In this document: positions 10,955 to 20,000 of the stretch, piece after piece
How positions within the stretch are numbered: position 1 is the stretch's first letter
How the letters are laid out: the number at the start of each line of letters is the position of its first letter
From: Rhizaria sp. SCN 62-66
Lineage: Eukaryota
Assembly (NCBI GenBank): GCA_001724265.1
Contig: MEDY01000149.1
Location: 54,915 to 74,914, forward strand
Length of the DNA stretch: 20,000 bases
Direction of reading: 5' to 3'
The notes under the pieces: model-generated
Told to the model about the DNA's origin: nothing
The model's input: only the letters and a program-made list of their open reading frames with translations
The model's database searches: none
Program-made: the position numbers and the translations under genes

Positions 10955-11740
10955 ATGGGCGGCGTTTTGTCCCGTCTGCTCTCCGTTTTCCACTCGAAGA
11001 AACTCGATCTCGTCCTCATCGGCCTCAGTGGCGCGTACGTTTAGATCGAGTGAACCTCTCTCGCTTTGTAATCACATCTCGCGAGCTTTCTGTTCGCTGT
11101 CCTAACATCTCTCATCGCGCAATATCGCGAGTAGTCTCCTTGCTGCGATACATTCCGCGTCTATTCTTCTGTTGTTACACATCATCTCATCTCCTTTCAC
11201 TGCTCTCTTCGCCTCCACATTCTGCTTCACTTCTCGCTGTGTTGCGTCGTTGAAATGCTCTCGCCCTCGCTCTTCAGCGGCAAGACGACGTTCGCGAACG
11301 CGCTGTCCTTCGCGCCCTCGACCTCCTCCCTGGACACAGTCCCGACCGTGGGCCTCAACGTCCAAGTCTTCCGCCGCCAGGGCGTCGTCTGCAAAGTCTG
11401 GGACATGGGTGGGCAAGCGGCCTACCGTGCCGAGTGGGCTCGCTACGCGCGCGGCTGCGGCGTCATCTGCGTGCTCGTCGACACCACGCGGCCAGAGGAC
11501 CTGCCGCAGGTCAAGCGCGAGCTTATTCAGCTGCTTGAGGACCGTGAGCTCGCCACTACGCCACTGCTCATCTTGGCCAACAAGGTCGATTTGGGGCCGC
11601 AGATCACGGAGCAGGAGCTCATCACGGGGCTCAATCTCGACTATGTGGTCGATGCGCCGTGGTTGCTTATCCCCGTGTCGGCCAAGCGCGGGGATAACAT
11701 CCCCAAGGCGCTTGAGTTCCTCATCAAACACGCCAAGTGA
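10955..11740 (+). CDS. ARF-family small GTPase, ARL8/ARL18-like, 2 exons (10955-11034, 11278-11740), 180 aa
   Basis: Spliced protein MGGVLSRLLSVFHSKKLDLVLIGLSGA|GKTT...PTVGLNV...WDMGGQAAYRAEWARYARG...ANKVD...VSAK: all G-boxes present; WDxGGQ..R..W.RY.RG is ARL8-like; Gly2 retained. Ends TGA. Confidence 0.92.
11035..11277 (+). other. Spliceosomal intron of ARL gene (243 nt)
   Basis: GC|GTACGT ... CTCTTCAG|C; splicing rebuilds the P-loop GLSGAGKT. Confidence 0.92.
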
Positions 11741-12511
11741 AGCAAACAAGCATCAACTCACTCTAAACCAAGTGATCTTACGTGAATTCGAGATATCAAG
11801 TGGAAGACGATATTTAGTGAAAGCTGAGATGCTGTGATTGTTGTCCGGTGAAGTGGGCCGTTTGTGACCTGTCCCTGCTCATGTCCCCGAGTCCTTTGCG
11901 GTGTCTCTCTGTACACGGCGGGCCAGAAAAACAATCCTGTAATACAATTAGATTCCTTAGTTATCATGCACTTTGCAAATTTTCCTGACGTGGAGGATCT
12001 GTATCTGCAATTGACATCCTTAAATTCAGATTGTACATTGTGTGTGCAGTCGACTTAGCATTGACTTTGATGACATTTCACTTTTTTGTTGATCGAATAA
12101 TTCTTTCAACTCAAAAGCTGACAATGTGTTGACTACTCGTAGGAGCAGCTTCTGTTTCGGTGACATGTATAAATTCCTCGAATATCTAAAAAACGTTATA
12201 TTCAAATAAGAAATCTCATAAAATAACGAGAGTTCGATTATTAACTCAGAAAACAAGAGTGTTTATATCTGTTTCAAAGAAATATAAAAGCTGTCGGCCA
12301 CACCACAAACGCAAAAAGCAAGCAACAGCGACGGAAAAATGGCATTTTATTCGCATTTAAAGCTCGCACACGCACGCCGCAATATGGCCTTGCAGAATCA
12401 CATACAATACACATCGCACACTGTAATACTCGGCAATTCTAAGTCTAGTGACCATATGGCGCGTTTATAGAACAAAACTAGCAAAAAGCATCGCGACTCA
12501 GTTTCACACGC

Positions 12512-13117
12512 TCACTGTTCGTCGTCCTCGTCGTCCTCGTCATCATCGCTGGCGGTGGGCCGCGCCGTGGGGTCGACATAGCGCCCCGCAGCCTCCTCCG
12601 CGGCCTGGTTGCGCATATACTCGCCAATCCACGCAATAATGCGGTCACAGTTCTCCTTCAGCTAGTCCTCGGTGTCCGACTGCAGCTCCACCACAACCGA
12701 CTCGTCGTAGCTCTCCGCCGCCTCGCTCGACACCACGCACATGATCTCGCACTCCATGTTTTCTTCGCGCTTTTGGTCAGAATACCCGCGCGCAGTTAAA
12801 CGGTCGTACAAGACGGAGTTGTCGCAGCGCAGCACGACGACGAGCTGGAAGAAGCGCTCGGGGAAGAAGCCGCACGTGTGGTGATCGATCACGACGCCGC
12901 CCTCGGCAATAGGGCCCTCAAGCTCGTCCAGCACGGCGTCATCGTCGAGGAGCAGCGAGTCAAACTCGGCGTGGCGGCCATCGTACAGCCCCTTTTCAGT
13001 CGCGAGTGCCGAGACGTTGATGAACTTGAAGTTGAGCTTCTCTTTGAGGAGCTCGGCGTGCTGGGTCTTGCCGCAGCCGGGCGTGCCCGTTAGGAGAATG
13101 TTTGGCAGCTTGGGCAT
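12512..13117 (-). CDS. AK6: Adenylate kinase 6 / FAP7 / hCINAP, 201 codons including one in-frame TAG at 12662-12664
   Basis: MPKLPNILLTGTPGCGKT (P-loop), GGVVIDHH.CGFFPERFF.LVVVLR.DNSVLYDRL.ARGY, ENMECEIM, SYDESVVVELQSDTED*LKENCDRIIAWIGEY...DDDEDDEDDEQ-TGA. The ORF track stops at the TAG. Confidence 0.92.
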
Positions 13118-14373
13118 TGTTGGGACGCGCGCAGGCTGGACGGAGGGCACGCGCGGTCGCGGGAGAAGCGGAGAGCGGAACACGCAAGAAGCAAAGTGCC
13201 GTGAAGGTGTGCAGGGAGAGGAAGCAAGAGACAGGGTGACAGGGAAAGTGAGCTAAGAGTTTTTATGGGTGCGCGGTTATGTAAACAAACAAGCGCTATC
13301 AAAAAACACCGGCGGCGTATCTATATCGTTCGATTATCCGCCTCAGGGCGCGCCTCGCGAGCATGTTCTGGAGTGCACAGGTTCACACTGTAAAAGTCGC
13401 GATCGCACTACCATCGACTAGAGAGGGTTCATGACGGCTTCAGAACATATTATTACAAAATCAGAAACAATATCCCTAATGCGTAGATAAACCAAGGCCT
13501 TTGTCCCAAAGAAATGATTGAATGCGCTGCTTTGATAGTGGCAAAGTGACGCCGAGTGGACCCCTGTCCCGAAGCAGAGGTTCCGAAAAAAGAAATTGGT
13601 TTTGGAATCGTTCTGACAAAGCAAACATTTTGAAGCTCATCTATCGACTCCTGTGATTCGTCAAATGCTCTGATAGTGTTTGTTCAGATATTAATAGGTT
13701 GGTTAATATTAAATTATTCAAATATTTGCCGCGTGGCACGAAGTTTTACGTCCTATCTCGTCTTGAAGAAGGTTCCTCGGCAAGCCACTTTTGGGCTAGG
13801 GCCCTCCCCGCGCCCGACCGCCGGGACGTCTCCGGTCGGTCCCCACAGCATCTCTGACGCTTGCGACACACTTCATCTGCTGTAACTCGGTGACTCCGCA
13901 CTGTCTTCAACTCGCGTGCGCATGTCTTTGCGAATCACGCGCTGTGTGTAGTGTGCTTTGTCCTATCAGTCTACACCTCTGTCAGTTCTATCTTACTTTG
14001 CACTCTCTGCAGCAGCAGCAGACCAACATTGATCTTGATATGTTTTATGCAAGTTGCCCGCCATCACTGCGCGTTTGTTACAGCCGCGCCCGTACTTGCA
14101 CTCTTGTAACCCCATCGCCTCACGCCCCGCCCGTCATACTCCGCCGCCTTTGATTCTCTCTTGCGACGATCTTCCCTTATTCCCCAGTCTAGCTTCGCGT
14201 AACGCAGCTCTTGCTTTCTCTTTGCTGGCCTTGCTGCTGCCTCTGCACGCGCAGCACACACCAGCTGGGTTGCCCCCGCCTCAGCTCTTTTCTCAGCATC
14301 AGTCTCGACCGTCACAGTCGCAGACGCCGACGCTGTCGTTGCCGTTGACATCGTCGTCACAACCGCAGTCACC

Positions 14374-16956
14374 ATGAGCATTCTATCGACTCTGGGGCTC
14401 ACATCCTCGTCGTCATCGTCTGCATCTGCAGCGTCTAGAGCGACAAGCGGCCCAGGCCCACAGCAGCACGCACAATCCCCATCACAGCAGGCTGCTGCTG
14501 CGAGACAGACGAGTATCTTCTCATTCGGTCTCTCTAGAGCCGCGCCGAGCTCTGCCAGCGCCAATACCAACGGCAGCGGCAGTGCAGCGCCGCAACAGCC
14601 CGCGCGGCCGCAGCCCACGGGCGGCGCCGCGCCGCTTTTGGGCCCCACAGTCTCTCTAGGCCCTTACACTGGCGCGGCGAACACTTACAATTATCCTGGC
14701 GCTCAGCAGTACCAAGCCGGTGTCAATGCGCAAGGGTACAACTATGGTCCTGCATTGCCCCCTGCTGGCTCTGCATCGACGGTCGCAACAAGCTCTCATA
14801 GCTCTAGCTCCAGCTCTAGTTCCAGTGGTAAAGTTAACAAGCACAAAAACAGCAAGACCTCTGCTGCCCACGGCGCCGGCGCCGCCGCCGCGGGAGCCGC
14901 CTCTGATGCCGCCGTGCCCGCGTCGCCCCCACCGCCGCCGCCGCCGCCGCTGTCGATCAAGCTTGCTGGCCGCTGGGTGCGTTTCACGCTTGATGGCGAG
15001 ACCGTCGCGCGCTCTCAGCTCCCCGTGGCGCCGTCCCCGCGTGCTCACTATGACTGGGCGCTCTCCAAGCACCGTGACGACCAGGAGGCCTCCCCGGCCA
15101 CCGCGCGCGCGGCCGCCGTGCTTGCGGGCGAGGCGTCCAAGGGCCGCAGCGTGATCGTCAAAGTGATTGACGCGAACAAGTTCCGCACACGCGTCGCACC
15201 TGAGGCGCTGTGTATCAACGCCGCCACGCGCCGGATGGAAGTCACCGCGGGGTTCTTCTGGCGTGTGTTTGACGAGTTCACCGACTCGTCCTGGCACTGC
15301 TGGGCTTGTGTCTGCGCCTCGGACCCCCCGCTCACAGCGCTGCCGCCGCTCCCGGCGCCTCTGAACCCCGCCAACGGTGCCAACAGCGCGTCCTCTCTGT
15401 CAGCAACCGACGGCGACAGCAGTGCGCCCGCCGCCGCGGAGCTGCCCGAGGCCGTGCCGGTGTTTGTCGACGGCGCGCTGACGGCCGCAGAGGCCGCGGC
15501 CGTGGCTGCGGGCGGGTGGGCTGACGCTGCGACCGTCGTCCGCGACGCGACGGGCCGCGCGCTTGACCACTCGCTGCGGGGACAAGTGCTCAGTTCCCCG
15601 ACAGCTATCGCAGAGGAGGACAGGATCGTTTCGCCGGGCCCGCCTGTATCGCCCGCACCGCCGCCCTCTGCTGCCACCGCTGCGGCCACTGCAGCCACTG
15701 CTGTTGGGGGTAAGCCTTTCCCGCCGCCGCCGAGTCACAGTCTAAACCAGAGCCTGAGTCAGAGTCAAAGCTCTGCGACGGCTGCGACGACTGTACCGAC
15801 GACTACGACAGTGAATGGCGTGACCACAGTCGTTGCTGCGCCGCCGCGCGCGTCGCCGCTGTCTTTTTTCGGTCCCGTGCGCCCTTCTACGCTCGCGACC
15901 CTGCCCCCCGGTGCCTTCCCGGTGCCTCTGGTCGATTCCCCCGCCTTCTCACTAGGGCCGCATGACCACGTGTGCGGACTCGTGGTTCTCCAGGCCTTTG
16001 TGCACGACTCGACGTATTTCCGCTGGGGCGCGCCGATCGACGGCAACGTCGCCCCGCCCGACCCCGTCTCGGGCGCCTTCTCCCAAGTCGCCGAGATATC
16101 AGTTTTCTGCGCCAAGGCCTGTGGCACTCGCTTGCTCGACGCAGCCATCGCGCATGCCGCCGCGCACACGGATTACCGCTTCCTCGTTGCCGCCGCGACA
16201 GCGAGCGCCGTGCCGTGGTATCTTTCGCGCGGATTCAAGCCCGTCGGGGCGTACCGCCAGGAGCCGCCGCGCGGGCCGCGCGCCGCCGCGGTAGGCGAGG
16301 AGATCCGCCTCACTCAGCCGCATCTCTACCGGCACCGTATCCCTGACGCCGTGTTGGACGCCGCGCGCGACGAACCTGCACATATGGTGTACGTTGCCGT
16401 CCCCGCGCTGCGCGAGGGCGAGCGCGCGCCGACCGACTGGGCGACGGCGGCCGCTGCGCGCAAAGCCAAGGCCGCTGCGGCTGCGGCTGCGTACGGCGCG
16501 GGCGCGGGCAACGGCACTGGCGCTGGCGAGGGGGACGGGGACGGGGACGGCGCGGAGGGCAACGGGGAGGACGCGGGGCGCGGCGGGCGCGGCAGGGGCC
16601 GCGGGCGTGGGCGCGGGCGCGGACGCGGGCGCGGCAGGGGGCGCGGCGGGCGCGGCGCCTATTCAGCTTCTGCTTCTACTGCGACGGCGGCTGTGCCGGG
16701 GCCTGGTGGCCAGCAGGTCGCGGCGGGTGTGCGTGCTGGTGCGGCTGCGGTGGCTGCGAGCGCGTCGGGTTACCCCTCGTACGCCTCGTACTCGTACAAT
16801 AGCAATGCCACTGGTAGCGGCAGCAACAACAGCAATGCGAGCTACACTGCTGGAGGTGCTGCCGCGGCGGCCACGGCGCCGACGGTGGGCCAGAGTGCGA
16901 ATGAGGGCGAGGCTGCGGGTAAGCAGCAGTCTGGCCAAGATTGCGTTGTCATGTGA
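14374..16956 (+). CDS. 860-aa protein with GNAT-like acetyltransferase region, low-complexity linkers, RG repeat and C-terminal CaaX (CVVM)
   Basis: Long ORF with GC3 bias. EISVFCAKACGTRLLDAAIAHA...YRFLVAAATASAVPWYLSRGFKPVG resembles GNAT motifs A/B; ends ...QDCVVM-TGA. Confidence 0.75.
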   Translation: MSILSTLGLTSSSSSSASAASRATSGPGPQQHAQSPSQQAAAARQTSIFSFGLSRAAPSSASANTNGSGSAAPQQPARPQPTGGAAPLLGPTVSLGPYTGAANTYNYPGAQQYQAGVNAQGYNYGPALPPAGSASTVATSSHSSSSSSSSSGKVNKHKNSKTSAAHGAGAAAAGAASDAAVPASPPPPPPPPLSIKLAGRWVRFTLDGETVARSQLPVAPSPRAHYDWALSKHRDDQEASPATARAAAVLAGEASKGRSVIVKVIDANKFRTRVAPEALCINAATRRMEVTAGFFWRVFDEFTDSSWHCWACVCASDPPLTALPPLPAPLNPANGANSASSLSATDGDSSAPAAAELPEAVPVFVDGALTAAEAAAVAAGGWADAATVVRDATGRALDHSLRGQVLSSPTAIAEEDRIVSPGPPVSPAPPPSAATAAATAATAVGGKPFPPPPSHSLNQSLSQSQSSATAATTVPTTTTVNGVTTVVAAPPRASPLSFFGPVRPSTLATLPPGAFPVPLVDSPAFSLGPHDHVCGLVVLQAFVHDSTYFRWGAPIDGNVAPPDPVSGAFSQVAEISVFCAKACGTRLLDAAIAHAAAHTDYRFLVAAATASAVPWYLSRGFKPVGAYRQEPPRGPRAAAVGEEIRLTQPHLYRHRIPDAVLDAARDEPAHMVYVAVPALREGERAPTDWATAAAARKAKAAAAAAAYGAGAGNGTGAGEGDGDGDGAEGNGEDAGRGGRGRGRGRGRGRGRGRGRGRGGRGAYSASASTATAAVPGPGGQQVAAGVRAGAAAVAASASGYPSYASYSYNSNATGSGSNNSNASYTAGGAAAAATAPTVGQSANEGEAAGKQQSGQDCVVM
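16576..16656 (+). repeat. Gly-Arg dipeptide repeat (RG/RGG box) coding tract
   Basis: GGGCGC-like hexamer repeats translating GRGGRGRGRGRGRGRGRGRGRGRGGRG. Confidence 0.9.
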
Positions 16957-17514
16957 TTGAATGACAAAGTGCACAACGCCTAAACGCATCAGGGCACACT
17001 TTGGTTACGCCATTTATTATAAAAGAACTTTCGAAGAATAAAGGTTTAATTTCAAGAATACACGCATTGTTTAACCATAAGTGTCGCCAGTGTATATGAA
17101 AAATGCGTATGATTTTATAACGACTTCGATCTACTATGCTTTACACAACCTCATTGCGGTTTTCAAGTCTTTGAGCTGAATCGGACTGGCGCTCTTTGCG
17201 CCTCAGCAGTCAAGTGCGCACAAAAGTGGCTGCACGGCAGAAAATGTATCTTCTTACTGGGAGCAGCCACTTTGAAATAACAGTATTCACATGAATATAG
17301 CGTTAATATTCTACACCGCCACTTAATAATATCTCTTGGCATGACCAACATATATCGTTTCTACCCACATTGCCGCAGCCCTTTTTCCCTCTCCACCGCA
17401 AGCAACCAAACTCTTTATTCACCACACTTGCAACGCATAAGGGATTACTCACACGCCTCATCACCCACATATTGAATTAAACACTTCACCAATAACCGAC
17501 CACTTGCAGACTTA

Positions 17515-18963
17515 ATGGCGACTAAGCGTCCTTTGGCCCCACCCAAGACGACCGACGTGATTGAGTCGCACACAGCTTCGTGGTCCGAGGAGAAGCGCGC
17601 GCGCATGGCGGCATACATCGAGACGCAGCGCCTCGACTATGAGCCTCTGATCAACGACCGTGACCACGCGATCCTGTCCCTTGGCAAGGGCGACATGTTT
17701 GCCTCGATCCGCCGCGGCCAGGACGTCCGCGTGCGCAGCACCCGCGCTAAGGTTGATGCTATGATTGGCCAGCCTTACCACGCCACGTTCGCGGTCGACC
17801 GCGGCACTCTGTCGCGCCGTGAGGGCGGACCGATCAAGGCGACCGCACTGTTTGATCACTTGGAAGACAAGGACATCGACACGACCTTCATGCCCACCGC
17901 CAACAACTCCGAACTGTTCGACAACCGGTCCAACCAGACGATGACACAGGAGGACATCGCCAAGCTTAAGGCCGCGGGCGCGACGGGCGACGAGATCATC
18001 CGCGCCGTCGCCGCGGCGTCTAAGACGTTTGAGGGCAAGACAGAGTACTCGCAGGAGAAGTGGCTCCGTAAGAAGCACGCCAAGTACTCGACCGACATGC
18101 AGGTGTTGGCGCCGACCCCGCAGAACATCATCGCCGCGCTGCTGGAGCGCGAGCCGCGCAAGATCCTCTCTCTGCGCGACGACACCCTCGCGCAGCTTCT
18201 CTCCTCCGCCAACGTTGCCGCGGGCTCCGTCACGCTTGTCGTCGACGGCGCGTCCGGTCTCGTCACCGGCGCCGCTGCTCTGCGCCAGGGCGGCCAGGGC
18301 GCGATTATCTCGCTCCACGTCGCGCCCGTCCCGTCGCTGCCACTGATGAACGAGATGAACCTCTCGCCCGACGTCGCCGCTGCCGTCTTCACGCTGCCGG
18401 CCTACCTCCTGGGTCAAATCACGCCCGTCAACCGCGGGACGGTGGGTGCGCCGTTCCGCGCTGACCCCACCGTGCCTGAGCTGCCGACTCTCGAGGCGGA
18501 CGAGCTCGCCGCGATCCAGACGGAGCGCCAGGCGACCCACGCCGCGCTCGTGGCGGCCGCGGCGGCCACGGCGGCCGAGACCGGCGCCAAGCCCGAGCGC
18601 GCGGTGTACACTGGCCCGCGCGGCGACTCGCAACAGCGCCTCGCTCAGCGCCGCGCCGCGACTGAGCTGCGCCGCGGTGCGCATTCGCTCATCGTGGCGA
18701 CGTACCACTCCCCGCTTGAGACGACGCTGCCGCTGCTGCCGTACCTGCGTCCGTCGTCGCCCATCGTCGTGTACTGCCCGTTCGTTGAGCCCCTGGCGCG
18801 GCTGCAGAGCCATCTGCTGGCGACGCGCGCCGCTGTGGACGTGCAGGTGACCGAGACGTGGTATCGGCCGCTGCAGGTGCTGCCCAACCGTACGCATCCG
18901 CATATGAGCATGAACGCGACTGGCGGGTATCTGCTGCACGCTACCACCGTTGCGCTTGACTGA
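17515..18963 (+). CDS. TRM6: tRNA (adenine58-N1)-methyltransferase non-catalytic subunit TRM6/GCD10, 482 aa, intronless CDS
   Basis: Motifs NQTMTQEDIAKLK..G.TGDEII...SKTFEGKTEYSQEKW..KK..KY, REPRKILSLRDDTLAQLLSSANV, PSSPIVVY..F.EPL, ETWYRPLQVLPNRTHPHM.M...GGYLL. Ends TGA. Confidence 0.95.
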   Translation: MATKRPLAPPKTTDVIESHTASWSEEKRARMAAYIETQRLDYEPLINDRDHAILSLGKGDMFASIRRGQDVRVRSTRAKVDAMIGQPYHATFAVDRGTLSRREGGPIKATALFDHLEDKDIDTTFMPTANNSELFDNRSNQTMTQEDIAKLKAAGATGDEIIRAVAAASKTFEGKTEYSQEKWLRKKHAKYSTDMQVLAPTPQNIIAALLEREPRKILSLRDDTLAQLLSSANVAAGSVTLVVDGASGLVTGAAALRQGGQGAIISLHVAPVPSLPLMNEMNLSPDVAAAVFTLPAYLLGQITPVNRGTVGAPFRADPTVPELPTLEADELAAIQTERQATHAALVAAAAATAAETGAKPERAVYTGPRGDSQQRLAQRRAATELRRGAHSLIVATYHSPLETTLPLLPYLRPSSPIVVYCPFVEPLARLQSHLLATRAAVDVQVTETWYRPLQVLPNRTHPHMSMNATGGYLLHATTVALD

Positions 18964-19388
18964 GAAACACAATTTTCGTGATGACGAATGCCACACTTGC
19001 ATGCTACCATGACTCAATTTTCGTGCAACTTAAAAAACGAGGGCACACTTATGGCTGACGTGGAAGGAGTGAGTGTTGCGTTTGTTGAACATGTCAGGAA
19101 ATATGCGCCTGTTGCGGATTTGACGCGATGTTACAATGCTACATATGTCTTTACTGTGATGGTGCGCTTGAGACATGTGCGAAACACCAGCGTGACTTGC
19201 TGCGTCACGGTCAGGACCAACTTCGGGCCAGGTTTCGCAATGTTATATAATACACTTTTCAATTCAAGACAACAGAAAACAATAATTTACAACAGTTTAC
19301 ACCTTAAACGATATATTTTATCTTCAAAGCATCTGTTTACCATGTAGATATCTGGCCAAACAAATCTCCACCACTAATCAAAAATCGA

Positions 19389-19417
19389 TGTTCGCGAACT
19401 CCAGAAATTCGCGAACA
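19389..19417. promoter_or_regulatory. Candidate heat-shock-element-like inverted repeat upstream of HSP70
   Basis: TGTTCGCGAA-ctccagaaa-TTCGCGAACA: two nTTCnnGAAn units (19391-19398, 19408-19415) about 490 nt before the HSP70 ATG; spacing is not a perfect 5-nt phase. Confidence 0.45.
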
Positions 19418-19904
19418 AATCAGTGCAGAATCGGCCTCCAATCCGGCACTTTGTATTTCTATTAATTTCTATTAAATTTGCTCCAACCAACGCTAGATGA
19501 TTACGATTCAACATTATCTACAACCGAATAGTATTAACAATTTCTCTCAGACGAAGGATACTCCAGGATTGTTGTCCGAAGTAAAGTTGGTCACCTTGGC
19601 TGCGATGGTCGGGATCCCCCACTCATCTCAACCTCGGTTGACACACTTCCACTTCTCTTAACAGCAATCCGGTCTTCGGGACATAGCCTTCTGGGTTTGC
19701 TTGGCTTTTTTCTTTGGATGCTTTGCTCTCTCATGCTTTTGTCACGCTGCTCCATTCTCTTTCGTTCTCTATTTTACCTGAGATGCAGAATCCACGTGCT
19801 GGCTACTTAACTTTCCAACGCACATTTGCTCACTTTAGCTTCCTTTACTTCTTTACATCGAATTTCCACATTTTTGCCCGACAGCTTACAGCTTTCTTCA
19901 GAGA

Positions 19905-20000
19905 ATGTCTTCCACCACAGGCGTTTCTGTTGGTATCGACCTCGGTACCACGTACTCGTGCGTCGGCGTGATGCGCAACAACCGCGTTGAAATCATCGCT
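19905..20000 (+). CDS. HSP70: Cytosolic-type HSP70, N-terminus (partial, runs off window end)
   Basis: Manual translation: [32 protein letters not shown], containing the HSP70 signature IDLGTTYS; no signal peptide from this ATG. Confidence 0.93.
   Translation, partial: MSSTTGVSVGIDLGTTYSCVGVMRNNRVEIIA

Noticed and set aside
12512-13117. AK6 as a decayed pseudogene
   Set aside because: Only one lesion, motifs intact, codon bias kept on both sides of the TAG; a very recent nonsense allele cannot be excluded.
13118-13183. N-terminal extension of AK6 in the ORF track (GTG start)
   Set aside because: Non-ATG start within the pyrimidine tract; homology begins at MPKLPNILLTG (13117).
13347-13407. 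Short palindromes (GGCGCGCC, CTCGCGAG, GCGATCGC) and scattered ATCGAT/TCGCGA hexamers
   Set aside because: Enrichment over background cannot be shown by eye in CpG-rich DNA.
17512-19017. 501-aa antisense ORF opposite TRM6
   Set aside because: Codon-aligned antisense ORF caused by GC3 bias; no protein-like motifs. Same for 11102..11749 opposite ARL.
1-20000. CRISPR arrays, transposons, tRNA/rRNA/SL-RNA genes
   Set aside because: No spaced direct repeats, terminal repeats, transposase/RT motifs or recognisable RNA gene seen; small ncRNAs could be missed without covariance models.

Overview
GC-rich, gene-dense eukaryotic (probably protist) nuclear DNA with short spliceosomal introns; no prokaryotic, CRISPR or mobile-element signal. 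Nine protein-coding genes are supported: a partial K/E/A-rich N-terminus (eIF5B/ABCF-like, uncertain), a 4-exon VPV-repeat/PDZ protein, a rolling-stone/FAR-17a-AIG1-like membrane protein, a greatly expanded RIT1, an ARL8/ARL18-like GTPase, AK6/FAP7, a GNAT-like protein with an RG repeat and CaaX box, TRM6, and the start of a cytosolic HSP70. Six internal introns were reconstructed with frame-consistent GT-AG junctions. Two unexpected signals stand out. (1) Most genes, including ones with intronless CDS, have a 3' splice-acceptor structure (AG-free pyrimidine-rich tract plus YAG) 3-20 nt before the ATG with no matching GTACGT donor, suggesting spliced-leader trans-splicing. (2) AK6/FAP7 has an in-frame TAG inside its conserved C-terminal region and reads on to a TGA, and none of the other complete genes ends in TAG, suggesting UAG reassignment or readthrough (or a nonsense allele/sequence error).
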